From contig CAVSOU010000010.1 of assembly GCA_963729625.1 (NCBI GenBank), positions 192,001 through 256,000 on the forward strand: DNA of 64,000 bases, given 5' to 3'. Positions 10,336 through 19,869 of the stretch are shown here, in pieces; position 1 is the stretch's first letter; each line of letters begins with the position of its first letter. Origin of the DNA: an uncultured bacterium (GTDB lineage: Bacteria > Chloroflexota > UBA5177 > JANWHV01). The translations under genes and the position numbers were made by a program. The notes under the pieces were generated by a model that saw nothing but the letters and a program-made list of their open reading frames with translations, did no database searches and was not told the origin of the DNA.

Positions 10336-10709
10336 CGGTCCACCTCTCTACGCGATCTGACGCGCGTTCGCACACAGTCTACGCTTCCGTCAAGGCGCTG
10401 ACCAGGTGCATTCTTGCCAACGCCGGCAGCTGCTCGGCTTGCAGGAGTAGTGCCGCATGCCCATCAGCCTCGCGGACACACACCGTGACTCTCCACCACT
10501 TTGACCGACCAAACGTGAAGCCCGGCTGGGAGGGATCATCCTGCCGCTGCCGGGCTCCAAACCAGAGATGTACAGCAGGATGTTACTTTAGCTGCGTTGC
10601 ATTGCACGGAGACCGCTATTGAGCCTGCGCGACTAGGGCGGAATGTGTGCATGCTGGTGCGGCGATGATTATCGTGCAGTAATCCTGCGCGTCCAGGGCG
10701 GGACTCTAG

Positions 10710-11057
10710 CCCACATTCCGCACTCCCAATGGCTGGGGAGCTGAATTAGGGGGTGGTGCGTGAGCACGCGGGGTCATTGGTGCGCAGCGGAGGTCTGATA
10801 GAGCGTGGGCACGACCGGGCCCAGGAGCGCCAGGATGCGGGTATGCAGGGCACTCACGCGCAGCACCTGCTGGCTGACGTCCGCGGCACTGCGGATGGTC
10901 AGCACATCGATACCCTCGAGGAGCTGAAAGACCCAGCGCAGGGTGGGCCGGGCGCTGGGCTTGCCGGCCTGGGAGGGCAGCGTCTGGTCCGTCGCCGCGA
11001 GCCGGGCGCGCAGGCGATGGTCGGCCAGGCGGTAGACGAGCAAGCAGAGCACCATGG
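10710..11057 (-). mobile_element. IS1634-family remnant (transposase C-terminus and right end)
   Basis: MVLCLLVYRLA..RLRARLA..DQTLPSQAGKPSARPTLRWVFQLLEGI matches the IS1634 transposase C-terminus; terminal TGCGGAATGTGGG at 10710-10722 (minus strand). Confidence 0.8.
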
Positions 11058-11059
11058 TG

Positions 11060-11470
11060 TAGTGTGAGGAGGAGCTCAAAGAGGTCAAGCTCGGCCAGGC
11101 ACAGGAGCGCCTGGAAGGCGCCAAGCTCTTTCGCACCGTGGCGACAGTCCTGCTGGACCCCGCTATCACTGGCGCGGCGGTGCGTGATGGGATCTTCCGA
11201 CTGGTATCGCGGGAACGGGTACGCGCGGCCGTGGAGCGGGATACGTCGCTCGAGCAAAGTGAGGGCGAGGCGTACCTCGCGCAGGTCGACCGGCACCTGC
11301 GTGCCTTCGCCCCGCTGGTGCTGCAGACGCTCCGCTTCGGCTCGCCGCGGGCCAAGAACGACCTGCTCGAGGCGCTGGAGACCCTCGCAACGATGAATGC
11401 GGACCGGCGCATCACCGTGCCCTCCACCGCGCCGCTGTCGTTCACACCCCCGAAGTGGGAGCCAACCTGC
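11060..11470 (+). pseudogene. Tn3-family transposase internal fragment
   Basis: VLLDPAI..AVRDGIF.LVSRE...HLRAFAPLVLQTLRF...LLEALETLATMN...VPSTAPLSFTPPKW; no N-terminus or DDE domain; abuts the IS1634 remnant. Confidence 0.75.
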
Positions 11471-11512
11471 GGACCAGGCAAGCCGTCCCTCCCGCCCGCC
11501 ACGCGAGCCCGT

Positions 11513-11560
11513 ACACCACATATTGTGTTTTAGTGCAGAAACTCCTACTATATCTATGGG
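11513..11560. promoter_or_regulatory. tandem NrdR-box-like operators
   Basis: ACACCACATATTGTGT (11513-11528) and CTACTATATCTATGGG (11545-11560), 32 bp apart, versus consensus acaCwAtATaTwGtgt. Confidence 0.65.
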
Positions 11561-11644
11561 AGATGCGATGCCTTCGCGACGCGGAGGTATCGTACACCGT
11601 GGGCTGCTAGTCGTACATGAGTTCTCACATTGCGGAGTGTTCGT

Positions 11645-12179
11645 ATGCCGCGCCGCACGCCCCTGGACCCCGTGCTTACCGCGCAACGCGACGACCTGCT
11701 GGCCACGGGCCGCCCTCTATGGCCACGCTTTCCAGGACGGCAGGCGCACTCGGCGAGGTGGTACCACCGACATCTTTTACCGCTGCCGGCATTGCCCTGC
11801 CTACCTCCAACTGCGCAAAGGCGCGTCCGGCTTCGTCAAAGCGCATGGCGTTGCGGAACCGTGCAAGCAGTACTGGAGCCGCACGGGAGGTAGAGGCGAG
11901 CCCATCAACCCGGACCAGCGCTCCCTGCTGCAGCCGGCCCTGCCGCCGCTGCAGATTCTGGCGCAGCGTAGCAGCCACACGTACGTGCCCCTGGACAGCG
12001 ACGCAGGCGCGCAGGGCCACACGGCCCGGCGCTACTGCACGACGTGCAAGCGCGTCAGCACTTATGAGGTCGCGCTGCAGGAGCCGGACGCCGTGCCCTG
12101 CCAGCAGCCCCTGGACGCCGGGCTGCCTGAAGTTGCAGCGCTGCTTACCCGACTGGCTCAGCCGACACGCCAGCAATGA
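11645..12179 (+). pseudogene. Frameshifted hypothetical protein with two His/Cys zinc-binding repeats
   Basis: GGAG RBS and ATG at 11645 (MPRRTPLDPVLTAQRDDLLAT). Removing one G from the GGG at 11707-11709 joins it to AALYGHAF...CRHC...PCKQ...SHTY...CTTC...PCQQ. Both parts have high GC3. Confidence 0.6.
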
Positions 12180-12260
12180 CCGCACAGAGCAGGCGTGGAA
12201 GCCCGAGGTCGTCTGCACGTGCCGTAGAGACGAGGGTGCGCAGAGCAAGCTGGAGCGCTG

Positions 12261-12803
12261 ATGCGTCTTGCCGACCAGTCGGGGAGAGCGAAGCACGCGG
12301 TGGCGAGGCCGCGACGGTGCAAGGTGTGCCGGCGCCCGGGTCCGCACCACCGACGAGACTGGCAGGGACGGTGCCGGACCTGCGCGGCCTACGTGCGCCG
12401 GACGGGCCAGGAGCGGCCGTTTGTGCTCGATGGCCGCCGAGAGGCACGGGGACAGCGCGTCCTTCCGTTCGCGTGCGCGAGGCCGACGCATGTGCATGGC
12501 CGTGGCTTAGGCCAGCTCCCCGCGTCGAGTACCCCCGGCGGCGCGTATCAGGCCAGTGTTTGCCCAGCGCCCTGCAAGCTCAGGACGAAGGCAGATGCGG
12601 CTCCCAGGTGCGCGCAGATCTCGAACGGCAGTGTCCAGGCACCGATGCTGCCGCTCCGCCGGCGCTCCGTCGCGACGTCCACGGCATCGGCTGTGCGACG
12701 GAGGACCTCGGCGAGGATCAGGAAGGGGGCGAGCCCCGGCAACAGAGCGGGGCCATGTTCGCCGATCGGCAGCCCGCTGCTAAACAGGGTTGGCTTCACG
12801 TAA
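12261..12803 (+). CDS. Hypothetical protein with an N-terminal C4 (GATA-like) zinc finger; 3' extent doubtful
   Basis: CKVC-x14-CRTC-AAYVRRTGQERP; GGAG RBS 5 nt upstream. Confidence 0.5.
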   Translation: MRLADQSGRAKHAVARPRRCKVCRRPGPHHRRDWQGRCRTCAAYVRRTGQERPFVLDGRREARGQRVLPFACARPTHVHGRGLGQLPASSTPGGAYQASVCPAPCKLRTKADAAPRCAQISNGSVQAPMLPLRRRSVATSTASAVRRRTSARIRKGASPGNRAGPCSPIGSPLLNRVGFT

Positions 12804-12992
12804 GCCGCCATTTCACGGCAGCGCGAACACTTGGACGAGGCCTGCCGTCGAGGATGTACGCTACCTGGGAGGCACTGTACACTCCGGAAGGAGCCGCTCG
12901 TCATCCAGGTGGCAAGGATGCACGCACAGAGGACCGATGATTGAAGTCAGATTGCAGAGCCATTAATCGACTGCGTGCTAGCGATTTCGCTT

Positions 12993-13298
12993 CTAACGGG
13001 GTCTGTCAGGCCATGCCGCCTTTAACCCGGCAACGCCGATGTCCAGGAACTCCTCGAGGCCAGCGGCGCCGAGCATTTGTTCCAGGGTGTCTTCCAGGCG
13101 TGCGAGTTCGGCGGCGTCCTCAGGGTTGCTGTTGGCGTCATGCTCGCGCCGGTCCCGCGTGACGATTATCTCATTCTGCAGATCTGCGAGTGCGACGGCT
13201 AGCGAGATCGGCTTGACCGATCGGCTGCCATGAATCTGCACGACCGGCCACTGCACGGCGACCTGCTGGCCATCGATCACCCGAGAGAGCATGCACAT
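12993..13298 (-). CDS. Hypothetical protein
   Basis: Acidic helical ORF (LADLQNEII...ELARLEDTLEQML) with protein-like composition; no recognised family. Confidence 0.5.
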   Translation of the reverse strand: MCMLSRVIDGQQVAVQWPVVQIHGSRSVKPISLAVALADLQNEIIVTRDRREHDANSNPEDAAELARLEDTLEQMLGAAGLEEFLDIGVAGLKAAWPDRPR

Positions 13299-13803
13299 GA
13301 AATGCTGCGGCCCGGGATTGTATGGCACGCCGCGACGTCCTCGCGTCAGGCCACGAAGCTTGCCGCATCCCGCGTGTACTCGGCGACACTCGCTGCGGCG
13401 AGCCCAGCGGTGCAGGTCATGCCGCACTGCCACTGCGGATCAGACGTCGTTTCCGGCAGGTGGCAGGTGCCTGACTGCGAGCAGCCCCGGCGATGCGGGG
13501 AGCGAGGAGATGACGTCATGCACTCGCACTCGGGACGGTCAACCCCGTATGCCATCAGGGACCCGCTGGCTTGCGACCGAGACAGCGTCGACTTCGACGT
13601 CGCCGGCGGCAGGTGCAAGCGAGCGAGGCCGCGATGCTAAGCAACTTCGTGCTGAACGATCGCTGGACCTTTCGCCACGCCGCGCCCAGTGCTCGGTGGC
13701 GGGACCGCCTGATATTCCCGCCGCATTTGCAGTAGGCGTTCCCATTGGTTGCGCAAGCCTTGTTCGCTGCCCTGCACTGCCAGCAGCGCGGAGGCTGGGC
13801 TCG

Positions 13804-14628
13804 TCAGGGCTTCCGGCCAAAAGCGCCGATACCGTGCATGCTCGCGAAGAAGTGTCCTGCGGCGTCCGCTTCCTGCCACTCCTGCCGCAGCCGTTCAACC
13901 TCGGCCGACGTGAGCGCGCCCGCTGCCACGGCTGCCGCTTCGACGCGGTCCGCGAGAAGCGCGTATTGGGTGAACGTGTAGCTCGTGAAGTAGACCGGAT
14001 AGACCTCAATGACGATATCGTTCAGCTGGTGCGAGGCGAACAGGCGATACAGGCGACGACCTGCATAGCCGTTGGGAAGGAACACCTCGATGAAGAACCG
14101 AACGTAGCGGCGCTCCAGGTCAACCTGCGTGCAATCAAATGAGAGTGTGCCCCAGTCGGGCTCCAGCACCCCTATCCATCCTCCGGAGCTACTCACGCGG
14201 ACCAACTCGGCGAATGCAGCCTCGGGACAACGCAGGTGCTGGAAGATCCGCTCGGCGCGGACACGGTCAAATGTTGCGGCCTCAAACGGCAAGGAGACCG
14301 CGTCGGCTTGGATGTGCGTGGTCCAGCCATCGACACGCGCTGCTGCTGCACTTCGGTTTGCCTCGGCGATCACAGCGGGGTCGTCGTCCACTCCGATCAC
14401 TGCGCCCGTAGGACCAACCAGGTCAGCGAGGTCAATCGTGTCGGTTGCCGGACCACAACCGAGATCGAGAACGCGGTGACCGGGCTGGAGACGCAACAAC
14501 TCATAGCTGCGGCGCTTCTGTTGCTCCCAGAGTGACGCCACAGCCTCGAGGTACTGGGGAGCGACGTAGCCAAGCACGCTCCGGACCCCGTAGAGTCGGC
14601 AATCGGTATCCGCGTCTTCAACGCTCAT
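13804..14628 (-). CDS. Class I SAM-dependent methyltransferase (UbiE/type 11-like)
   Basis: VLDLGCGP, DAVSLPF..ATFD, ERIFQHL, EPDWGT. Confidence 0.9.
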   Translation of the reverse strand: MSVEDADTDCRLYGVRSVLGYVAPQYLEAVASLWEQQKRRSYELLRLQPGHRVLDLGCGPATDTIDLADLVGPTGAVIGVDDDPAVIAEANRSAAAARVDGWTTHIQADAVSLPFEAATFDRVRAERIFQHLRCPEAAFAELVRVSSSGGWIGVLEPDWGTLSFDCTQVDLERRYVRFFIEVFLPNGYAGRRLYRLFASHQLNDIVIEVYPVYFTSYTFTQYALLADRVEAAAVAAGALTSAEVERLRQEWQEADAAGHFFASMHGIGAFGRKP

Positions 14629-14810
14629 CCGGATTACCCCCAGAAGAGCTTAGCTCAGCGAGACTGGAACATCTGTGCCCGATGTGCAAGGCCGCGAGAA
14701 AGGGTGTCCCGGGCAGGTCGTCGGAGCGAACAGTCGTCTGCGCACCCATGCCCGCACGCTCAATCCTTGAACGCACGATAACGTGGCGGCCATCTCCCGC
14801 ATTCTCTCGA

Positions 14811-14839
14811 AGTATGCGCGCTCACGCATGCCTTGTCAA
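14811..14839 (-). promoter_or_regulatory. Putative sigma70 promoter of the methyltransferase
   Basis: TTGACA-17 nt-CATACT, preceded by an AT-rich tract at 14840-14880. Confidence 0.5.
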
Positions 14840-14942
14840 TCTATAGGGATAATTAACTGAAATAAACTATCAGATTCATTGCGAACTAACTCAAGATGCT
14901 ATGAGTTAGCTCATGGTAATCATCCCACGCTCGTTATCAACG

Positions 14943-16154
14943 TCAACACGGCCTCTCTGCCGGACAGATCATCGCGCGTGGCTGGGCGGCTCGAGGTTCT
15001 GGCAGGAGAACGAGCACGACCAGCGCCACGGCCAGGCCGAGTGCCGTGACATGGACGCTGTACAGCATCCGGATCTCCGGGCCCAAATACAAGCACAGTA
15101 TGCCGAACATGCTCGCGTACAGTCGCACGCCGCCACTCACGCGCGCACCGGCAACTTCGGCGCCAAGAACCAGTGCCGGAACTATAAGCAGAACAGCGTC
15201 GTAGTAGTGGCAGTACGGGGTGATCAAAATCGTTACCAGGACGGTGGCCGCCCATCGCCGCCCCGCCGATGGTGCGTCGACGTTCCAGCCCTCACGCCAG
15301 TACCACGCGAGCAAGCCGATCAGTACGATGCGAACCAGGCCAGCGGATACCTCAGGGCTGACAACGTACGGCACCTCGAAATGGAAGAGATCGTCCACGC
15401 CAAGACCCTCGAACCACGTGCCGGCGTGCTGTGAGTTCAACCGCCAGAAGGTTTCCTGTGCACCCTGGTACTCACGGAACGTGTTGAGTCCAACGACCGC
15501 TGTTGTCATCGCCGTGCCGGCGACAGCGGCCAGAAGAAAGCCGCACACCGCCCTCCATTGTCTCGTGTACAGGAGGACAGGAAGAGACAGGAACGCCACC
15601 TGGGGTTTGATGAGAAGGCCAATTGCAAAGCAGGCTCCTCCAAGCGCTTCATGTCTCCTGGCCAGCAGCCACATACCGAGCGCGTAGGTCAACATGACCG
15701 GGGCCGTTTCTTGGTCGTAGGCGATGAGCAGCAGAACAGCGGGCACCGAGCTCACCATGAACCAGTACATGGCGAGACGCGTGCTTCGGCTTGCGTTCCA
15801 ATCGTGCAGTGACATGATCAGCCTGCACGAGCCGTACAGCATCGCGGCTGAAAGCCCTGACCACACGACAGCGGAGCGATCCTCTCCGAGCGGAAGCAGA
15901 GCCGAAAGCATTGCGATGCATTGCGGAGTCGCTATCGAGATCACGTCCTTCGTCAGGGAGAAAGGCGAAAGTCCCGCATGGACGGCGACTGACCGTCCGA
16001 ATATGACATGCCAGTCGTACGCGAACGAGTTGTTCTCCAGGTAGAACTGCCGCAGCACTATGACGGCCGCCCCAGCAGAACAACACGCCCCTATCGCCAG
16101 AAGTAGCGGGACCAGCCCGGTTGTCGTCTTGCCCCAGCGCATGGTTTCTTGCAT
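14943..16154 (-). CDS. Glycosyltransferase family 87 (DUF2029) membrane protein
   Basis: Multi-TM; LLIKPQ, QWRAV.GF, TPYCHYYD.VLL motifs typical of GT87/PimE-like proteins. Confidence 0.75.
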   Translation of the reverse strand: MQETMRWGKTTTGLVPLLLAIGACCSAGAAVIVLRQFYLENNSFAYDWHVIFGRSVAVHAGLSPFSLTKDVISIATPQCIAMLSALLPLGEDRSAVVWSGLSAAMLYGSCRLIMSLHDWNASRSTRLAMYWFMVSSVPAVLLLIAYDQETAPVMLTYALGMWLLARRHEALGGACFAIGLLIKPQVAFLSLPVLLYTRQWRAVCGFLLAAVAGTAMTTAVVGLNTFREYQGAQETFWRLNSQHAGTWFEGLGVDDLFHFEVPYVVSPEVSAGLVRIVLIGLLAWYWREGWNVDAPSAGRRWAATVLVTILITPYCHYYDAVLLIVPALVLGAEVAGARVSGGVRLYASMFGILCLYLGPEIRMLYSVHVTALGLAVALVVLVLLPEPRAAQPRAMICPAERPC

Positions 16155-16581
16155 TCGCGACCGATCCTTCGGCGACTTGGCGCCCGCGCGCAGTCTCGCA
16201 CAGGCGCCGTAACCACGTCGACCATCTGCGATTCGCGCACATTGCACGCCGGCTCCAGTGTACGGCCAGGCGGCCAGCTTGGCGATCACCTATTACTCAA
16301 TCTTGCGGATCGCGAGCACACATTCCCCGATACTTTTCGCGTGCCGGTAGCTCGGCCAGCGCGCATCGAATTGGGGGCTTTCCGGCTCGATTTGATCGTC
16401 GATCACTTCTGATCAAGGTTGCCGGGACGTGGGCGGCATCAGACCGGCACTTGGGCTTGATGTCGCATCGGTCCTGGTGCGGCGCCGCGGGCGTTGTGGG
16501 AACGTCATGGCACAGGTCACTCCGGGGCGGCCGGGCCGCATTGCTTCTCGGCCACGACCGGCGCACCTTCGCTTACAATGC

Positions 16582-17109
16582 ATGTATTCTCATCCGCAAT
16601 GGCACGCGAGAATTGAGGCCGCTGTGCGACAGCTGGAACGCCCAACCTATCAGGGATCCCTTCGGGCGATCGGGCGATACCTCGATCGAAACGTCTATCG
16701 ACACGTGATGATCGTGGAGACCGAGGACGGCTTCGTGCTGCGCGTGTTTGCCGATGGGGCCAACCTCAAGGCAGAGGGTATCGAGCTACCGATGAGCGAC
16801 TTGATTGCGCTGATCAATGCGCATGCGCAGTCTCGTGGATCGGACTTGCCGGCTCTGCAGTCTCCGCCCCTCTGCCCGACCGGCTATGAAGACTTCTTGC
16901 GCGCTCTCGGTTTCGAGCTCGACGCCCTCAAGGTGACTGGAGTTCGCACGATCGAGCTGAGCACCGGCATACTGGTTGCATTTACTGCCAGGAGCGCTGG
17001 GGGAGAGATTCGTCGCTTCGAAACGCTCTACGACAGGCAGCGCATCGAACAATCGCTCGAGCAGAGTTATCAACGCCGCTCCAAGGCGACCCCTCGACCG
17101 GCACTCTGA
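16582..17109 (+). CDS. Hypothetical protein with an internal tandem duplication
   Basis: YQGSLRAIGRYLD...IVETEDGFVL and YEDFLRALGFELD...IELSTGILV are two copies of one module. Confidence 0.75.
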   Translation: MYSHPQWHARIEAAVRQLERPTYQGSLRAIGRYLDRNVYRHVMIVETEDGFVLRVFADGANLKAEGIELPMSDLIALINAHAQSRGSDLPALQSPPLCPTGYEDFLRALGFELDALKVTGVRTIELSTGILVAFTARSAGGEIRRFETLYDRQRIEQSLEQSYQRRSKATPRPAL

Positions 17110-17221
17110 TGCCCTTGCACGGCCCGCGTCACCGAGGCCGCTCATGCCCGGCGCGGCTGGGAGCCGGACAGGTCAGTTTGTATCTTCTCCGCGCCGACGA
17201 CACCTGCCGGGTGACGCGGCT

Positions 17222-19048
17222 TCAGTAGCTGAGTCCGTAGCCGAAAGGATACAGTGGCCTCTTCGAGTCAAACGGAACATCCGGCTTTTGCTCCCTGACT
17301 GCCCGCATACTCGACGGCAGCTCAAATGGAAGCCGGCCTGAGGGTACATATCGCCCGAAGACGGCGTCGAGCACGGCATCGTCGCTCGCTCCGAAGTCGG
17401 CAACGAGTGCCGCGCAATGCTCGGCCATCTCGGGAATCACGGCCGGTCGATCCAGCGCGATGCAGAACACTGTCGGCGCAGCGGCCATGATGGTAAGCAG
17501 CCGCGCCTTCTCTTCCGGCGTAAAACTGAGGTCGCCGGCGTGGAAGATTCCTTCTAGAGGGCCCCTGCGCGGCTCGAACGGCGACGCCACTCGCACTACG
17601 GCGACGTCCGCGTCCTCGGGTCGCAGCACCACCTCGCCGTAGAGCGCGCCCACGGCGATCGCCACGTTTTCCAGGAAGATCCTGGGCCTGCCTCGCAGCG
17701 GCAACATTCTTCCGCCAGCGTGTTTCTCCGCGTTCTTCAAAAGCACGATAGCCTTTCGCTGTGCTTCGGCACCCGCGGCCCGGAAGTCCTGGCGCCCGAC
17801 TATCGCTTCAGCGGCCTCCGGATCGACGAATGGGTCATCGAACAGCCCAAGTCGGAACTTAACGCTCAGGAGACGCCTTACCGATTGATCTATGCGCGCT
17901 TCCGCGATCTGCCCGTCTCTCACCAGTGCGAAGAGCACCTCTGGACACTCTTCGCCGCCGAACTGGTCCGATCCGGCGTCTATTACCTTTCGGATGCGCT
18001 CTTCCAGACTGAGATGTTCGACTCCCCACGCTCGGGCGAGCATGGTCTCACCCTGCATCTGTTTGTCCGTCAGCAGACCCCAGTCCGTGCATACCACTCC
18101 GTCGAATCCGTATCTCTCGCGGAGCAGCCCGGTGATGACATCCCTGTTGAAGCCGAATCCGACCGCCTCGATTGGGAGCCCGACCGGCATGCCGTAGTAC
18201 GGCATGATCATGGCGGTGCCGGCGGCGAATGCGGCCTCGAACGGCCTCAGGTGGTGCTCGAAGTTGTTTCCGGGATACACCTGCTCCCGCCCATAAGGAA
18301 AGTGCGGATCCTCTCCGTCCTTCTGCGGACCGCCCCCAGGGAAGTGCTTGGTCATGCATGCAACGCTGTCCGGCCCAAGCTCCGTGCCCTGGAATCCACG
18401 GATATACGCGGCAACCAGTTTCGAAACCGTCTCGACGTCCTCGCCAAAGGTTCCGCTAATGCGTGCCCATCGCGGCTCAGTGGCAAGATCCGCCATGGGG
18501 TGGAGCGCGGTTCGGATTCCGACCGCGAGATATTCTTGGCGCGCGATGTCGGCGAACCGCTCGACAACGCCAGGATCGCCGATTGCAGCGAGCCCTATCG
18601 GTTCCGGCCATTGTGAGAAGTCCGTTGCGGCGGCCGAGGTCGCCATATTGCTGATGAATCCATGCCGCGGATCGGAGGCTATTGTCACGGGGATACCCAG
18701 GCGCGTGTTCTCAGCCAGCTCTTGAACGCGATTGTGCCAATTGGCAAGGTCACGCGGACCCGGCGCGTCCCAGATATTGAAATGATTGACGTGCATCGTT
18801 GAGATCAATGCGGCAGTCGAAGGCTGGCCGGCTAGCGATGTCGTCTCATTCAGCCGGCCGTCTCTGCTGAGCAGGGCGCCCGGCTGGAACATCAATCCGA
18901 CCTTCTCCTCCAGTGCCATGCATGCCAGCAGATCGTTGACTCGGTCGTCCACCGGGAGCCGCCGATCCTCGTACGGATCGAGCTTTCCGTTCTTGTTGCA
19001 GTCCCTGAATGTGAAGCCATCGCCGGTCCGCAGCCGGACATCCACCAT
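17222..19048 (-). CDS. Glycoside hydrolase family 3 (beta-glucosidase-like)
   Basis: RLGIP...SDPRH, PRWARISGTFGED, KHFPG, VVCTDW nucleophile, PFGYGLSY. Confidence 0.93.
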   Translation of the reverse strand: MVDVRLRTGDGFTFRDCNKNGKLDPYEDRRLPVDDRVNDLLACMALEEKVGLMFQPGALLSRDGRLNETTSLAGQPSTAALISTMHVNHFNIWDAPGPRDLANWHNRVQELAENTRLGIPVTIASDPRHGFISNMATSAAATDFSQWPEPIGLAAIGDPGVVERFADIARQEYLAVGIRTALHPMADLATEPRWARISGTFGEDVETVSKLVAAYIRGFQGTELGPDSVACMTKHFPGGGPQKDGEDPHFPYGREQVYPGNNFEHHLRPFEAAFAAGTAMIMPYYGMPVGLPIEAVGFGFNRDVITGLLRERYGFDGVVCTDWGLLTDKQMQGETMLARAWGVEHLSLEERIRKVIDAGSDQFGGEECPEVLFALVRDGQIAEARIDQSVRRLLSVKFRLGLFDDPFVDPEAAEAIVGRQDFRAAGAEAQRKAIVLLKNAEKHAGGRMLPLRGRPRIFLENVAIAVGALYGEVVLRPEDADVAVVRVASPFEPRRGPLEGIFHAGDLSFTPEEKARLLTIMAAAPTVFCIALDRPAVIPEMAEHCAALVADFGASDDAVLDAVFGRYVPSGRLPFELPSSMRAVREQKPDVPFDSKRPLYPFGYGLSY

Positions 19049-19271
19049 GGTTATTCCCCTCTGACTGGTCGTGCAGTCTATCGTGTTGTCCATCCCGGCG
19101 GTCGGCCGCAGACTACAGCAGGCTGCCCGTCTGAATCGTAGCACAGGCGCTCAGGTCGTTGCGCGGCGCTCCTGTAAGCGAGAGCGTGAGAGTGCGCTTG
19201 CAGCGTTGGTGGCATGGAATTGCGAACGCCGATATACTACGGTGGGTTTGCGTCAGAGCGATGGAGGTACC

Positions 19272-19718
19272 GTGAGATTCTCCGCGCGCACTCGATATGG
19301 TCTGCTTGCCCTCATGGACATGGCCATGCGCAATGACATGGGAACCGGACAGCGCCTTACCACGCACGAGATTGCAGCCCGGCAGGGCATCCCCGAACGC
19401 TTCCTCGAACAACAGATCACTGCCCTCAAGAACGCTGGCCTGGTCACCAGTTACCGGGGCGCCCACGGCGGCTGCGGACTGGCCCGGCGCCCCGAAGAGA
19501 TCACGGTCCTCCAGGTCATCGTGGCGCTTGAAGGTTCTCCCCTTGAGCTCGAACGCATCGACGGGTCCGAGCATGAGGTCGTGGGCGGGGCTATTCGCGA
19601 AGTGTGGGAGAAGGCGCGCGACGCATTGTGTGCCGTATTCGGCGAAATGACGATCGCATCGCTCGCCGCGCGAGAAGAAGACCTGCGGCACGACAAGGCG
19701 GTGATGTTCTACGTGTAA
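19272..19718 (+). CDS. Rrf2-family transcriptional regulator (CymR-like)
   Basis: RYGL.AL, IPERFLEQ, LV.S.RGAHGG..LAR.PEEIT; lacks the three-Cys Fe-S motif; ends MFYV; GGAGG RBS. Confidence 0.9.
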   Translation: MRFSARTRYGLLALMDMAMRNDMGTGQRLTTHEIAARQGIPERFLEQQITALKNAGLVTSYRGAHGGCGLARRPEEITVLQVIVALEGSPLELERIDGSEHEVVGGAIREVWEKARDALCAVFGEMTIASLAAREEDLRHDKAVMFYV

Positions 19719-19869
19719 TGGCCAACTGCGCCGCAACAGTCTGCGACTGCGAGACTGGGCGCTGATGCCCTTTATCGCTGCATGGTATACTTCTTCCACT
19801 TACCGGCGCAGCTTCTGACGCCGTGCGGGGGCGTGCTGTGCGTGTCCCTTTACAGCTGTGCGAAAGGGC

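Noticed and set aside
12548-12904. Minus-strand ORF in the island
   Set aside because: No recognisable motif or RBS, and it overlaps the doubtful 3' part of the 12261 ORF; cannot tell which, if either, is real.
12998-13030. GGGGTCTG resembling a Tn3 terminal inverted repeat
   Set aside because: Only the first 8 nt match; the rest of the 38-bp consensus and a partner repeat are absent.
14790-14802. TCTCCCGC as attR copy of the tRNA-Gly 3' end
   Set aside because: An 8-nt match is expected by chance.
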